64,000 bases of DNA from Eledone cirrhosa (GCA_964016885.1 OZ024746.1:62248001-62312000); one strand, 5' to 3'. Positions 12,701-27,875 are shown, numbered from the stretch's first letter. The notes: generated by a model not told the origin, from the letters alone. Numbers and translations: made by a program.

Positions 12701-15700
12701 GTAGCGACAAATATTGGTTTCTTATATAGGCACAAGGCCAGCAATTTTGGGGGAGTGGGTGACTGTTACTATATTTTATCGACCCCCGTAACGATGAGAG
12801 GTAAATAATAATAATAATAATAATAATGAAATTATTGTGTAAAGTGCTCAGGTGCACTACAACTCGTCAATATAGTACATAGAATAATACACAAATGCCA
12901 GGGAAGTACATGTTTGTATGTGTTAGCTGTAGTGTTGGCGGATCTCGGGAAGCATGGAGGCCTTAAAGGATGCAGCGTCTCGACAGCTAACAACTGATGC
13001 AGGTAGTTTGTTCCATGCTTCAGCAACTCTGAGCGTGAAAAAATGTTTCCGAAAGTCATGGGAACTGTGCTGTTTTCTTACTTTGTGGGCATGTCCACGT
13101 GTGTTAGACACATGGAAATCGAAAAGGCACTCAGGGTTGTTGTTGGCAACATGGTTAACAATTTTGTGGGTGTTTACCAAGTCAGTTGCCAGGCGTCGGA
13201 GCTTCAATGAATCCATGCCCAGGGAAGCAAGGCGATCAGAGTATGGTAGATGCCTGATGGAGGGTATTCGCTTGGTTGCACGTCTCTGAACAGTTTCCAG
13301 GCGGTCAATGTCCTGAGCAAGATAGGGGTTCCAGACTGGTGATGCAAAGTTAACCTCGGTGGGAGTTTGAACTCAGATCATAAAGGGTCGTAACTCTATG
13401 CTACAAAGCATAGCGTCCGACTCTCTCCCGATACTGCCCATCCACTGCCATAAGGTAGCTACAAATGTTGATAAATTCTACAGCCATGATTACTAAGTGT
13501 GATTGGGTGTATGTGTGTGTCTGTGTATGTGTCTCTGTGTGTGTGGTTGTATGTCTATGTCCGTCTGTGTGAGTGTGTAGTTGTGTGTGTCTGTGTGTGG
13601 TTGTATGTCTATGTCCGTTTGTGTCTGTGTCTGTGTGAGTGTGTAGTTGTGTGTGGTTGTATGTCTGTGTCTGTGTGAGTGTGTCTGTGTGTGGTTGTAT
13701 GTCTATGTCCGTCTGTGTCTGTGTGAGTGTGTAGTTGTGTGTGTCTGTGTGTTTGTATGTCTATGTCCGCCTGTGTCTGTGTGAGTGTGTAGTTGTGTGT
13801 GTCTCTGTGTGTGTGGTGGTATGTCTATGTCCGTCTGTGTGTGGTTGTATGTCTATGTCTGTCTGTGTGAGTGTGTAGTTTTGTGTCTGTGTTGGTGTAT
13901 GTGTATGTCTGCATCTGTGTGTGAATGTGTGTATACACATACAGATATATGCACTGCACACCCATTGCCTCTTACCCAGGGTGTACTCCCTATCCAGCCC
14001 CTCCATAAGATAGGTGGGGAGGGGGGGGGGGGGTCTTCTGTTGAATTAATGACCAGGAACCCCTCTAGTGCTTGTACAACAATAAAATGCACCCAGTACA
14101 CTCTGTGAAGTTGTTGGTGTAAGAAAGGTTTCAAGCCATAGAAACCATACCAAAAAGAGTTGAGACGACCTTCCAGTCATGAGGCAGTAATCTCTAAAGG
14201 TGGCACCATGAAAAATGCACCCTGTATACTCTGCAGTTTAATTGGTGGTAGTTAGGGTATCGAGCTGTAGAAACCATGCCAAGAAAGGAGTATGAAGACT
14301 CTTCAGTTATGTCATGAGCACAACAACCTCTGTAGTGTTGGTGATCTACATGATAAATGCACCCAGTACTCTCTGTAGAAGGGCTGGTAATAGGAAGGAC
14401 ATAGAAAACCTGCTAAACAAAAGACCGGAAGAACTCTTCAGCTGTGTCAAAGACATTACAACTTCCCTAATGCCAGTGCCATGTTAAAATGCACCTAGTG
14501 CACCCTGTAGAATGTGGGAACATATGTAAGTAAGGCCAGGAGGCAAGGCAGATTCTATCTGAGAGGTCAGTAGCTCCAATTAAATAGTGACTTGATTTGT
14601 GATGGCCCATCTAACCCTTGCTTACAGAGAAAACAGATGCCCTTTATGGCACCGACCCTTTCAGTCACCTCATATAACTTCCAAATGTATGATGCACATA
14701 TTCTAAACAGAATACACACTGTATTTCTATATCTACATATATATTAATTAAAATCTTTGCAGTTAAAAACTGACATTCTTTTTTCTTTTTATTATAAATT
14801 ATTTTTAATTCCATTTTTTAAGTTTTAATCTACAAGAAACTCCAATGTTTAAATTAACCAATTTGTTTTGTTCTGGTTCTATAGGCCCTGAATTCAATAA
14901 AGAAATATCCTCTACCTCTGAGAAGTGGTAAAGAATGTCTCATCTTAGAAAATTTTGGTTTGTATCTGTACAGCTTTGTTGTTCTTTTTCTTTTCCTTCT
15001 TTTAACCCTTTAACATTCAAACCAGCCATAACCGGCCAGAATTCTCTCACCTCTTTCTGTTCAAACAGGCTATAACTGGCCACTTATACTGATGTTAAGG
15101 TATTGGTCTCAAAATAAATAATATCAAAATCTCATAGATTTGATATTATGTGAGGTAAACCCTTTACCATGAAAATACAATAGTAAATATAGGGTAATGT
15201 AAATGCTAAAGGGTTAATCAAATGATTATTTCTATATTGTAAAATAACATTTCAGTTCTCTGCCAGTTGAGTCGCCAAGCAATCCATTTATCATATTTTA
15301 ACAGGAATGTGTGGATGATGTATATATATATTTTAAAGGAGCATTTCATACTTATATACTCCTCAGTCTTAGCAGTATTATATAGATGTAGTAGTCCTAT
15401 TATAATTACCAGTTTAGCAGAGTTATAGAAGTAGTGATGTAATAGTTATAGCGCCATGAGTAACCAGTTCAGTAGAAAGGTAGGATAGGAATATCGACAA
15501 CGACTTTAGCTTGTTTTTATGTTATTTATTAACAAAGGTTGAGCTGAGTAGAGTTGGCATGCCAAAACGAATGAAACAAACGAATTAAGATTTCAGAAGT
15601 GTTGCCAGGCCGTGGTTAAATTGTTGTTACATATTGGCCAGTGATTACACGGCAAAAGAAAAGCAGTTGTTTACCTTAGCGCTGTCGGGCTGCAAGAGAG

Positions 15701-18700
15701 AGATCTTCTGAGCCGATGCGGGAAATTTTTCCCTCAGGGCGCGCAGAGATACATTCTCCTCTGCTGGCGGTCATTGGCTGGGCTGAGCCAAATAACGCAC
15801 GGAGAATGTATATGAGCCTGCAGAATGTCGGTCACTACACTATATATACTCGTATATAAGCTGAGAAATATGTAACAAAAAAATCGATGGTAAAATGGAG
15901 CATCAATATTTTCCTGATGTTCACCAACTTCTAAATTCTACGTAAATGAGGTGCTAAAATATTTTTGCTTTGGAGGTGAATATTACACTGGTTTCACTTT
16001 AGAAGTGTATATTATAATGGTTTCACTTTGCGGGTGAATATTACACCTCTAAAATATGATATGGCTATGGAAAATAATCCACTAAAATACTACGACACTA
16101 TTTAGACACTAGTGAGCTATGATATTACTGTGGAAAGTTATCCTCGCAAATATTACCATACACTGTTTAGACAACACTGAATTATGATATGGCTGTGGGA
16201 AGCCACCCTCTAAGATATTACCACTCACTGTTTAGATACCACTGAACTATGATGTGGCTGTGGAAAGTTATCCTCTAAAGTATTACCACACTGTGTAGGC
16301 ATTACTGAATTATGATATGGCTGTGGAAAGTACTCCACTAAAATATTACCACACTGTGTAGACATTACTGAACTATGATATTACTGTGGAAAGTTATCTT
16401 CTAAGATATTACCACACTGTGTAGACACTACTGTATTATGATATGGCTGTGGAAAGTACTCCTCTAAGATATTACCACACTGTGTAGACACTACTGTATT
16501 ATGATATGACTGTGGAAAGTACTCCTCTAAGATATTACCACACTGTGTAGGCACTACTGTATTATGATATGGCTGTGGAAAGTACTCCTCTAAGATATTA
16601 CCACACTGTGTAGACACTACTGTATTATGATATGGCTGTGGAAAGTACTCCTCTAAGATATTACCACACTGTGTAGACACTACTGAACTATATGACTGTG
16701 GAAAGTACTCCACTAAGATATTACCACACTGTGTAGACACTACTGTATTATGATATGGCTGTGGAAAGTACTCCTCTAAGATATTACCACACTGTGTAGA
16801 CACTACTGACTTATGATATGGCTGTGGAAAGTACTCCACTAAGATATTACCACACTGTGTAGACACTACTGTATTATGATATGGCTGTGGAAAGTACTCC
16901 TCTAAGATATTACCACACTGTGTAGACACTACTGAATTATGATATGGCTGTGGAAAGTACTCCTCTAAGATATTACCACACTGTGTAGGCACTACTGTAT
17001 TATGATATGGCTGTGGAAAGTACTCCTCTAAGATATTACCACACTGTGTAGACACTACTGAACTATATGACTGTGGAAAGTACTCCACTAAGATATTACC
17101 ACACTGTGTAGACACTACTGTATTATGATATGGCTGTGGAAAGTACTCCTCTAAGATATTACCACACTGTGTAGGCACTACTGTATTATGATATGGCTGT
17201 GGAAAGTACTCCACTAAGATATTACCACACTGTGTAGACACTATTGAACTATATGACTGTGGAAAGTACTCCTCTAAGATATTACCACACTGTGTAGACA
17301 CTACTGTATTATGATATGGCTGTGGAAAGTACTCCTCTAAGATATTACCACACTGTGTAGACACTACTGTATTATGATATGACTGTGGAAAGTACTCCTC
17401 TAAGATATTACCACACTGTGTAGGCACTACTGTATTATGATATGGCTGTGGAAAGTACTCCTCTAAGATATTACCACACTGTGTAGACACTACTGTATTA
17501 TGATATGGCTGTGGAAAGTACTCCTCTAAGATATTACCACACTGTGTAGACACTACTGAACTATATGACTGTGGAAAGTACTCCACTAAGATATTACCAC
17601 ACTGTGTAGGCACTACTGTATTATGATATGGCTGTGGAAAGTACTCCTCTAAGATATTACCACACTGTGTAGGCACTACTGTATTATGATATGACTGTGG
17701 AAAGTACTCCTCTAAGATATTACTACACTGTGTAGGCACTACTGTATTATGATATGGCTGTGGAAAGTACTCCTCTAAGATATTACCACACTGTGTAGAC
17801 ACTACTGTATTATGATATGACTGTGGAAAGTACTCCTCTAAGATATTACCACACTGTGTAGACACTACTGTATTATGATATGGCTGTGGAAAGTACTCCT
17901 CTAAGATATTACCACACTGTGTAGACACTACTGTATTATGATATGACTGTGGAAAGTACTCCTCTAAGATATTACTACACTGTGTAGGCACTACTGTATT
18001 ATGATATGGCTGTGGAAAGTACTCCTCTAAGATATTACCACACTGTGTAGACACTACTGTATTATGATATGACTGTGGAAAGTACTCCTCTAAGATATTA
18101 CCACACTGTGTAGACACTACTGTATTATGATATGGCTGTGGAAAGTACTCCTCTAAGATATTACCACACTGTGTAGGCACTACTGTATTATGATATAGCT
18201 GTGGAAAGTACTCCTCTAAGATATTACCACACTGTGTAGACACTACTGTATTATGATATGACTGTGGAAAGTACTCCTCTAAGATATTACCACACTGTGT
18301 AGGCACTACTGTATTATGATATAGCTGTGGAAAGTACTCCACTAAGATATTACCACACTGTGTAGACACTACTGTATTATGATATGACTGTGGAAAGTAC
18401 TCCTCTAAGATATTACTACACTGTGTAGGCACTACTGTATTATGATATGGCTGTGGAAAGTACTCCTCTAAGATATTACCACACTGTGTAGGCACTACTG
18501 TATTATGATATAGCTGTGGAAAGTACTCCTCTAAGATATTACCACACTGTGTAGACACTACTGTATTATGATATGGCTGTGGAAAGTACTCCTCTAAGAT
18601 ATTACCACACTGTGTAGACACTACTGTATTATGATATGGCTGTGGAAAGTACTCCTCTAAGATATTACCACACTGTGTAGGCACTACTGAACTATATGAC

Positions 18701-21700
18701 TGTGGAAAGTACTCCTCTAAGATATTACTACACTGTGTAGACACTACTGACTTATGATATGGCTGTGGAAAGTACTCCACTAAGATATTACCACACTGTG
18801 TAGGCACTACTGTATTATGATATAGCTGTGGAAAGTACTCCTCTAAGATATTACCACACTGTGTAGACACTACTGAACTATATGACTGTGGAAAGTACTC
18901 CTCTAAGATATTACTACACTGTGTAGACACTACTGACTTATGATATGGCTGTGGAAAGTACTCCACTAAGATATTACCACACTGTGTAGACACTACTGTA
19001 TTATGATATGGCTGTGGAAAGTACTCCTCTAAGATATTACCACACTATGTAGGCACTACTGTATTATGATATGGCTGTGGAAAGTACTCCTCTAAGATAT
19101 TACCACACTGTGTAGGCACTACTGTATTATGATATGGCTGTGGAAAGTACTCCTCTAAGATATTACCACACTGTGTAGACACTACTGACTTATGATATGG
19201 CTGTGGAAAGTACTCCTCTAAGATATTACCACATTGTGTAGACACTACTGTATTATGATATGGCTGTGGAAAGTACTCCACTAAGATATTACCACACTGT
19301 GTAGGCATTACTGAATTATGATATGGCTGTGGAAAGTACTCCTCTAAGATATTACCACACTATGTAGGCACTACTGTATTATGATATGGCTGTGGAAAGT
19401 ACTCCACTAAGATATTACCACACTGTGTAGGCACTACTGTATTATGATATGGCTGTGGAAAGTACTCCTCTAAGATATTACCACATTGTGTAGACACTAC
19501 TGTATTATGATATGGCTGTGGAAAGTACTCCTCTAAGATATTACCACATTGTGTAGACACTACTGTATTATGATATGGCTGTGGAAAGTACTCCACTAAG
19601 ATATTACCACACTGTGTAGACACTACTGTATTATGATATGGCTGTGGAAAGTACTCCTCTAAGATATTACCACACTATGTAGGCACTACTGTATTATGAT
19701 ATGGCTGTGGAAAGTACTCCACTAAGATATTACCACACTGTGTAGGCACTACTGTATTATGATATGGCTGTGGAAAGTACTCCACTAAGATATTACCACA
19801 TTGTGTAGACACTACTGTATTATGATATGGCTGTGGAAAGTACTCCTCTAAGATATTACCACATTGTGTAGACACTACTGTATTATGATATGGCTGTGGA
19901 AAGTACTCCACTAAGATATTACCACACTGTGTAGGCATTACTGTATTATGATATAGCTGTGGAAAGTACTCCTCTAAGATATTACCACACTGTGTAGGCA
20001 CTACTGTATTATGATATGGCTGTGGAAAGTACTCCACTAAGATATTACCACACTGTGTAGGCATTACTGTATTATGATATAGCTGTGGAAAGTACTCCTC
20101 TAAGATATTACCACACTGTGTAGGCACTACTGTATTATGATATGGCTGTGGAAAGTACTCCACTAAGATATTACCACACTGTGTAGGCACTACTGTATTA
20201 TGATATGGCTGTGGAAAGTACTCCACTAAGATATTACCACACTGTGTAGACACTACTGAACTATATGACTGTGGAAAGTACTCCTCTAAGATATTACTAC
20301 ACTGTGTAGGCACTACTGTATTATGATATGGCTGTGGAAAGTACTCCTCTAAGATATTACTACACTGTGTAGACACTACTGTATTATGATATGACTGTGG
20401 AAAGTACTCCACTAAGATATTACCACACTGTGTAGACACTACTGTATTATGATATGGCTGTGGAAAGTACTTCTCTAAGATATTACCACACTGTGTAGGC
20501 ACTACTGTATTATGATATGGCTGTGGAAAGTACTCCACTAAGATATTACCACACTGTGTAGACACTACTGAACTATGATATGGCTGTGGAAAGTACTCCA
20601 CTAAGATATTACCACACTGTGTAGGCACTACTGTATTATGATATGGCTGTGGAAAGTACTCCTCTAAGATATTACCACACTGTGTAGACACTACTGACTT
20701 ATGATATGGCTGTAGAAAGTACTCCTCTAAGATATTACTGCACTGTGTAGACACTACTGTATTATGATATGGCTGTGGAAAGTACTCCTCTAAGATATTA
20801 CCACACTGTGTAGGCACTACTGTATTATGATATGGCTGTGGAAAGTACTCCTCTAAGATATTACCACACTGTGTAGGCACTACTGTATTATGATATGGCT
20901 GTGGAAAGTACTCCACTAAGATATTACCACACTGTGTAGGCACTACTGTATTATGATATGGCTGTGGAAAGTACTCCACTAAGATATTACCACACTGTGT
21001 AGACACTACTGACTTATGATATGGCTGTGGAAAGTACTCCTCTAAGATATTACCACACTGTGTAGACACTACTGACTTATGATATGGCTGTGGAAAGTAC
21101 TCCACTAAGATATTACCACACTGTGTAGGCACTACTGTATTATGATATGGCTGTGGAAAGTACTCCTCTAAGATATTACCACACTGTGTAGACACTACTG
21201 ACTTATGATATGGCTGTGGAAAGTACTCCTCTAAGATATTACCACACTATGTAGGCACTACTGTATTATGATATGGCTGTGGAAAGTACTCCTCTAAGAT
21301 ATTACCACACTGTGTAGGCACTACTGTATTATGATATGACTGTGGAAAGTACTCCTCTAAGATATTACCACACTGTGTAGGCACTACTGTATTATGATAT
21401 GGCTGTGGAAAGTACTCCTCTAAGATATTACCACACTGTGTAGACACTACTGAATTATGATATGACTGATAAATATAATCTTTTGATTTTTGAATCTTTT
21501 GTAGGTCAGAAAATTTGTGATATGATTGATGCGAAGATCTCTGAACATGCAGCTGAGACAGGTAAGACATATTTCAAAGTAGATTATCAAATAATTCTTA
21601 TATTTTCATCATAGTAATTTATCTAAAACATCTTAGCTTACTAATGTAGCCACGCACATGTGTTGGTAGTTCATTGATGTAGCCACATCACATGTGTTGG

Positions 21701-24700
21701 TAGTTCATTGTTGTAGCCATACCACGTGTGTTGATGGCTCACTAATGTAGTCACACCACATGTGTTGCTAGTTCATTAATGTAGCCACACCACATGACTT
21801 TATAGTTCATTAATGTAGCCACACCACATGACTTTATAGTTCATTAATGTAGTCACACCACATGACTTTATAGTTCATTAATGTAGCCACACCACATGAC
21901 TTTATAGTTCACTGATGTAGTCACACCACATGACTTTATAGTTCACTAATGTAGTCACACCACATGACTTTATAGTTCATTAATGTAGCCATTGATAGAA
22001 TGATTGGAATCCTCATTCCAACCAACCATTCCATTCCTATGAGAAATACATTTTATCAACTAACTAAGTTAATATATTTCCATTTTTATTTTCATAATAT
22101 AAGTTTTGATTTTTTTTTCTTCTTATTTAAAAAAAAAAATTTCTCCTCGTTTCATTTCTGAAGGTTTGGAGATATCCGAGATATTTGATGTGGAATCTAA
22201 GAAGTCTAAATCAGAAAATGTTGCTAAAAAGAACCAGAACCCTAGAACTAACAAGAAGCCTGAAAAATGTCTAAAAACAACAACAACAGTTCACACTATT
22301 AGCAGCTCTGATGAAAGTAACACAGAAGAACAAGCTGATCTACCTTCTATAGATCCTCAGATAGATAGTTTGACTTCAACCAAAGTTTGTACTTCAATTC
22401 ATTTATATCATCATCATCATCATCATCTCCACCACAATCATTATCATCATCATCTTCACTACAACCATCATCAACATCATCACCACCATAACCATTATCA
22501 TCATCATCTCCATCATTTCATCATCATCATCATCTTCATCTTCATTACAACCATCATCATCTTCACCACAACAATTATCATCATCATTATCTCCACCACC
22601 ATCATTTCATCATCATCATCATCATCTTCACCACAATCACCATTATCATCATCATCTTCACCACAACAATTATCATCATCATCTCCACCACCATCATTTC
22701 ATGCTCATCATCATCTCCACTCCCATCACCATTACCATCATCATCTTCATCATCACCAACAACATCATTTTTATGTCTGTTTTTCCATGCTATCATGTGA
22801 CTTTTTTTTTCAAGCAGTATTATTTGGCCAAATATCTTTCCTGGTGTCAACCATTTCTTTTTATAAGTAAGGTATTGCTGATTTTTTAACAACTGAGCTG
22901 TAGGGGTTTTTAAGACAGAGTTTATTAATGTTTTTTATTCCTACCCTATGAAAGATGAAGTCATGTATGTAAAACACAATTTCAAATTTGCCAGAAATAT
23001 TTTACATTTAACCCTTTAGCATTTACATTACTCTATATTTACTATTGTATTTCCATGGTAAAGGCTTTACTTCACGTAATTATTTCACATAATATCGAAT
23101 CTATGAGATTTTGATATTATTTATTTTGAGAACAATACCTTAACATCAGTATGAGTGGCTGGTTACAGTCTGTTTGAACAGAAAGAGGTGAGAGTATTCT
23201 GGCTGGGTATAGCTGGTTTAGATGCTAAAGGGTTAAAATGTAATTGTTTATGTGTTGTAGTTTAACACAAGTTCAATCCATTTCCCTATCCTGCAGAGCT
23301 TTGAGCAAATTTGTTCTAATTGCTGGACAGATTTTACAGGCAAAGCCAACCGGCAAGAGACCCAGTGGGTAGACCCCGAGCAAGATGATTGGATAACATC
23401 CATGAGCTCTGTTGGTTTCACTTGGGGATCCAGCCATATCAATTCGAGATAGTTGCTGCCCCTACGATCCTCTCAGGAATAAGTGGGCAAAGAAGAAGAA
23501 CTCTGGTTAGACATCACCCCCAAATATTAACTTAATAACTGTTTCTACTTTTGGCACAAGGCCAGCAATTTAAAGGGAAGGGGACAGTCGATTAAACTGA
23601 TCCCAGTGCATGTGTTACTGGTACATTATTTTATCAGGATTGGCAGTATCGGTAGAGGGTCGGACGCCATGCTTTCCAGCATAGTTACGTCCCTTTACGG
23701 TCTGAGTTCAAATCCCGCCGAGGTTGACTTTGCCTTTCATCCTTACGGGGTCGATAAAATAAAGTACCAGTAATGCACTGGGTAATTGCTGGCCTTGTGC
23801 CTAAAGTAGAAACAATTATTTTATCAACCCTGGAAGGGAGAAAAGCAAAGCTAACCTTGGCCGGATCTGAATTGACGTAATAATGAGAAAGTTAACTGTT
23901 AACGAGATCCCTCCAAATCTTTGGTTAATTTCAAAATTATTTGAAAACTATAGTCAGTGCAGTGTGTTGTGAGATGTATAGTGTGCTATGTGTTGTATAG
24001 TGTGTTGTGTGTTGTATAATGTGTTGAGATGTAATGTAACTGCAGTGAAATGGCTGAGATGTAACCTAAACTCCATCAAAAGGTAAATCTCACCTCTCTG
24101 TTATTGCAGTCTAAAAATGGCAGTAAAACGAAGGAATATCTCCCCAAATATCGTTCTGGTGCTTATGCCATATTACTGACACTCTTCAGAAGTCAGAAGG
24201 TAAATGTTGCATATTTTACTTTTTTTAATGGTTATTGCAAGTAGAAATAATAATATTGATAATAATAATGATAGTAATAATTTCTAAAAGTGCAACAGCA
24301 TATTTTTACTTTTTCAAAAATGTGCCTGTGAGTAAAAAAAGTTCTAGAATCACTGCTCTAGATCAAGAAACTAAGATAAGAAACTTTGATTGAACACAGA
24401 CATACAAATACTTAGGAATCAATAAACAGTGTACAACACACACAAATAAAAGAAAATGATAATAACAATAATACATATTTCTTGACACCTTTTCAGGAAT
24501 ACATGACCAAAGAGGAATTGATTCTTGAAGCTCAACCATTAAGTGAGACATCATTTAAGTCAGTAAGTAATATCCTATATTATTTGTTAGAGCTACAGAT
24601 GATAGTAGAATTGAATTTTTTTAATCTTCTGGATGCTATAGGCGCATTATGTTGCCAATACAGTAACCTCCCCTTAACACATAATGCAGTGTCAAGGAAA

Positions 24701-27700
24701 GCAATTCATAAAAATTTCTAATATGCTAAAGGTTAACCCTTTCATAATAATATTTCTAATAAAATTCACTGCCTATATGTTTCATTATCATTTATCACCC
24801 TCATCTGCATTGGAAATTGTATCTTCCCTGCTAGCAAGAATTGGATGAGTTGTCATAGACCAAGTGTTTAATTCTAAGGTCCAGCCTTGTCAAATTCTAT
24901 GTCATGTTGTTTTTTCCTGAAGACTATATTAACCTTTTAGCATTTAAACCGGACATATTTGACCAGAATTCTCTCACCTCTTCCTGTTCAAACTGGCCAT
25001 AAGTGGCCATTCATTAAGGTACTGTTCTCAAAATAGATAATATCAAAACCTTGTAGATTCAATATTATGAGATATTTATGTGAGGTAAAGCCTTTACCAC
25101 AAAAATAAAATAGTATATATAGAGTAATAAAAATGCTAATGGGTTAAGGGTATACATATTTGTAGAATACTCAGCCATTTACATGCTTATCCAATGACCA
25201 ATTAATTTAATTATACAACTGAATACTCATCGTTGAGATCAACAGAGATTCATTTACTTGTGATTTTTAAAAGTAAAAAATTCAAATTTATATAATATTT
25301 CTATTGTACACAGTGTTTTATAAAATTTTATATTATTTTGATTATGTAACCTAATTAGTAGCAAAGAAGAGTACTCCGAGAGCATAGTAGCTAGAATAAG
25401 GATAGGATGGAAGAAGTTTAGAGAGCTACTCTCACTGTTGACAACCTGCATACAAAAGGACCTCTGTATGACACCTGTGTGTGAGGTGTGATGGTGCATG
25501 ATAGTGAAAGATGGGCAGTGACTGCAGAGGATATACTTAGGCTGGAGAGAAATGAAGCAACCGTGCTTCATTGGATGTGCAATATAAATGAGAGGAAAGC
25601 AAAGCTTAGATGAACTGAGGAATCAGAAGTGGTGTACAAGAGAGAAGACTGCAAGATAATCACTGGGTGAAGAAGTGCCAGGAAATCCCAGGGGAGGGAA
25701 GCCACAATAGAGGTAAACCAAAGAAGACCTGGGTGGAGGTGGTGAGAGCTGATCTCAAATCGCTGTGACTCACAAAGTAGATGATGAAGGAATGTGGCAA
25801 GTGGAGAAATGCTGTGCTGAAAAGGACCCCTCCAATCCATGCAAGCATGGAAAACACATAAAAATGATGATGATGATGGCAAATATCAGTGCCATAGCCT
25901 TTCTATAGTTCTTAAATTTCTTTGGCAATTCTTCAGCAAACTTTATCTTTTATCTTTCAGGTGACTGATTCTTACTACTCAGCCTGGTCTTCAGTTAGCA
26001 CTTTGATAAAGAAAGAATTTGTTGTGAAACAGAGCACTCCTGCAATGTAAGTACAGAAAATATTTCACATAATTAGTTCTTGGGGCTTACTTTTGTGTTG
26101 CACATATTATAAGTTCAATCACCCTCTTTGGGTTTGATCTTTGCATCCATTCCATTGATGTTTACTTATCTACTTCACTTTTCATGTCTCTTATAAACTG
26201 GCTATACATCAATTTCAGAAGTTTGGAGCCAGAGAGAGAGATAGTAAAGTGAGAAGTGTTGAGCTTTATATACCTCTAGCTGTCATCAAGGCTATTTTAG
26301 TCTGGGTTGCTGACACATGGCATTTCTGTAAACATAGAAAATTTATCCTGGGGAAAAGCTATAGCATTTAGCTTTCAAATGATCTGGTTTACTTAGGTGT
26401 CACAGGGTTAGAACAACTCACAGTGCTGTAGGTAGTGTAAATATGGCAAAACTGACAAATGTTTCACAGACTTTCAATGAGGAGAGTTCAAGTCCATATG
26501 CAGGTAAAGTTGCTTGGGGCACTGGTGTCCTATCCAGGAAGAGATTTATCTCATATCTGTTGAATACTATGCAAACTTATCATAAATATGTTATACAGCC
26601 TATTCTAAGAGGCCATGACAGATTATCCTTTTCTTTCAATTAACATATAAGACCTTAGTGAAGGCAAGTGGCCTAGTGGTTAGGGTGGTGTGTTGGTTTC
26701 AAGATTGTAAGATAGTGGATTTGATCCTCAGACTAGGTGGCACATTATGTCCTTCAGCAAAACTCTTCATCTCATGTTGATCCTGTCCAATCAAGTAGCT
26801 GGGGGGGAGATTAACCTTGGGATGAGCTGGCATCCTATCTTATATACCCAGTCACTTAATTCTTTTGATACCAAACAGCATGAAACTGCACAGGATTTAT
26901 GACATAAAGCTGCCCATTTTAAAATATTTATCCTTATATTAAAACCTTCCATCATAGTTTTATGTTAGAAAATATTCTTAAGTAATGTCCTAAATATCAG
27001 CTTACTAATGAAAACTTTAATTATGTTATTTAATTCCTTGAAATATTTAATTATTTTCAAAACTAATTGAAACACATAGGCAGTGTATTTCATTAGAAAT
27101 ATAATAATGAAAGGGTTAATGCCACATAAGTTCTGGCCTGATGAGCTTCTATGTTCAAGAAAGAACTTCTTGATCTGTATGACTCAAACACTGTTCACTT
27201 TTCTGACATTTGTACATTATTATATGTACTATACATGCACATTTGATGAGTTTTAGTGCACCTGAGCACTGAACACAACAATTTCATTATTGTTATTTTA
27301 TGAATTGTCCCAGGTTGTTGTCGTTTGCCTGATCATGGGGCATCAAATGAGTTTCCAGGGCCTACTGCAAAGAGGTCAACAAACTTGCACCCCAAGAAAG
27401 ACCTTAAATTAATATGCAAATTTACCAGCATGGTTATACCAACTGTTGTTGGTTTATTCTATCTTTTCTTCCTTCTTTTTTTATTCTCCAGATATTCTTT
27501 GACAGATTCTGGGCAGTCATTAGCTTTGAAACTTTCTCAGTCTGCTGCACGAGACAACCAAAAGGTTATACCTTCTCATACTAGTAAGGAATATACCAGT
27601 TCCATATCACTTCCATCAGCAACAGGAACATTCACAAAACTTCAGCCATTTTCAGATTCCAGAAAATTCTCACCAAACCAAGAAAATTCTTGTAATCTGA

Positions 27701-27844
27701 ATAAATATACTGGACAAAACTCTGAGTAAATATCAACATTTGGTATTATTTTTTTGGAAAAAGGTGGTACACCATCAGACATTTTAATATAAACTAACTT
27801 CTGTATAGGATGGCCTGCTTCCTTCAACTTTTCAGTTGCATCTG

Positions 27845-27875
<31 letters not shown>

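Noticed and set aside
16381-21570. 870-aa and 506-aa repeat proteins on the minus strand as genes
   Set aside because: Unit length is a multiple of 3, the listed starts are mostly GTG, variants are mostly nonsynonymous, and stop variants were themselves amplified
22385-22870. Poly-His/Ile/Ser extension of ORF 22106-22870
   Set aside because: Intronic (CAT)n tract after the gtttgt donor at 22385; only 22164-22384 fits the MUS81 phase
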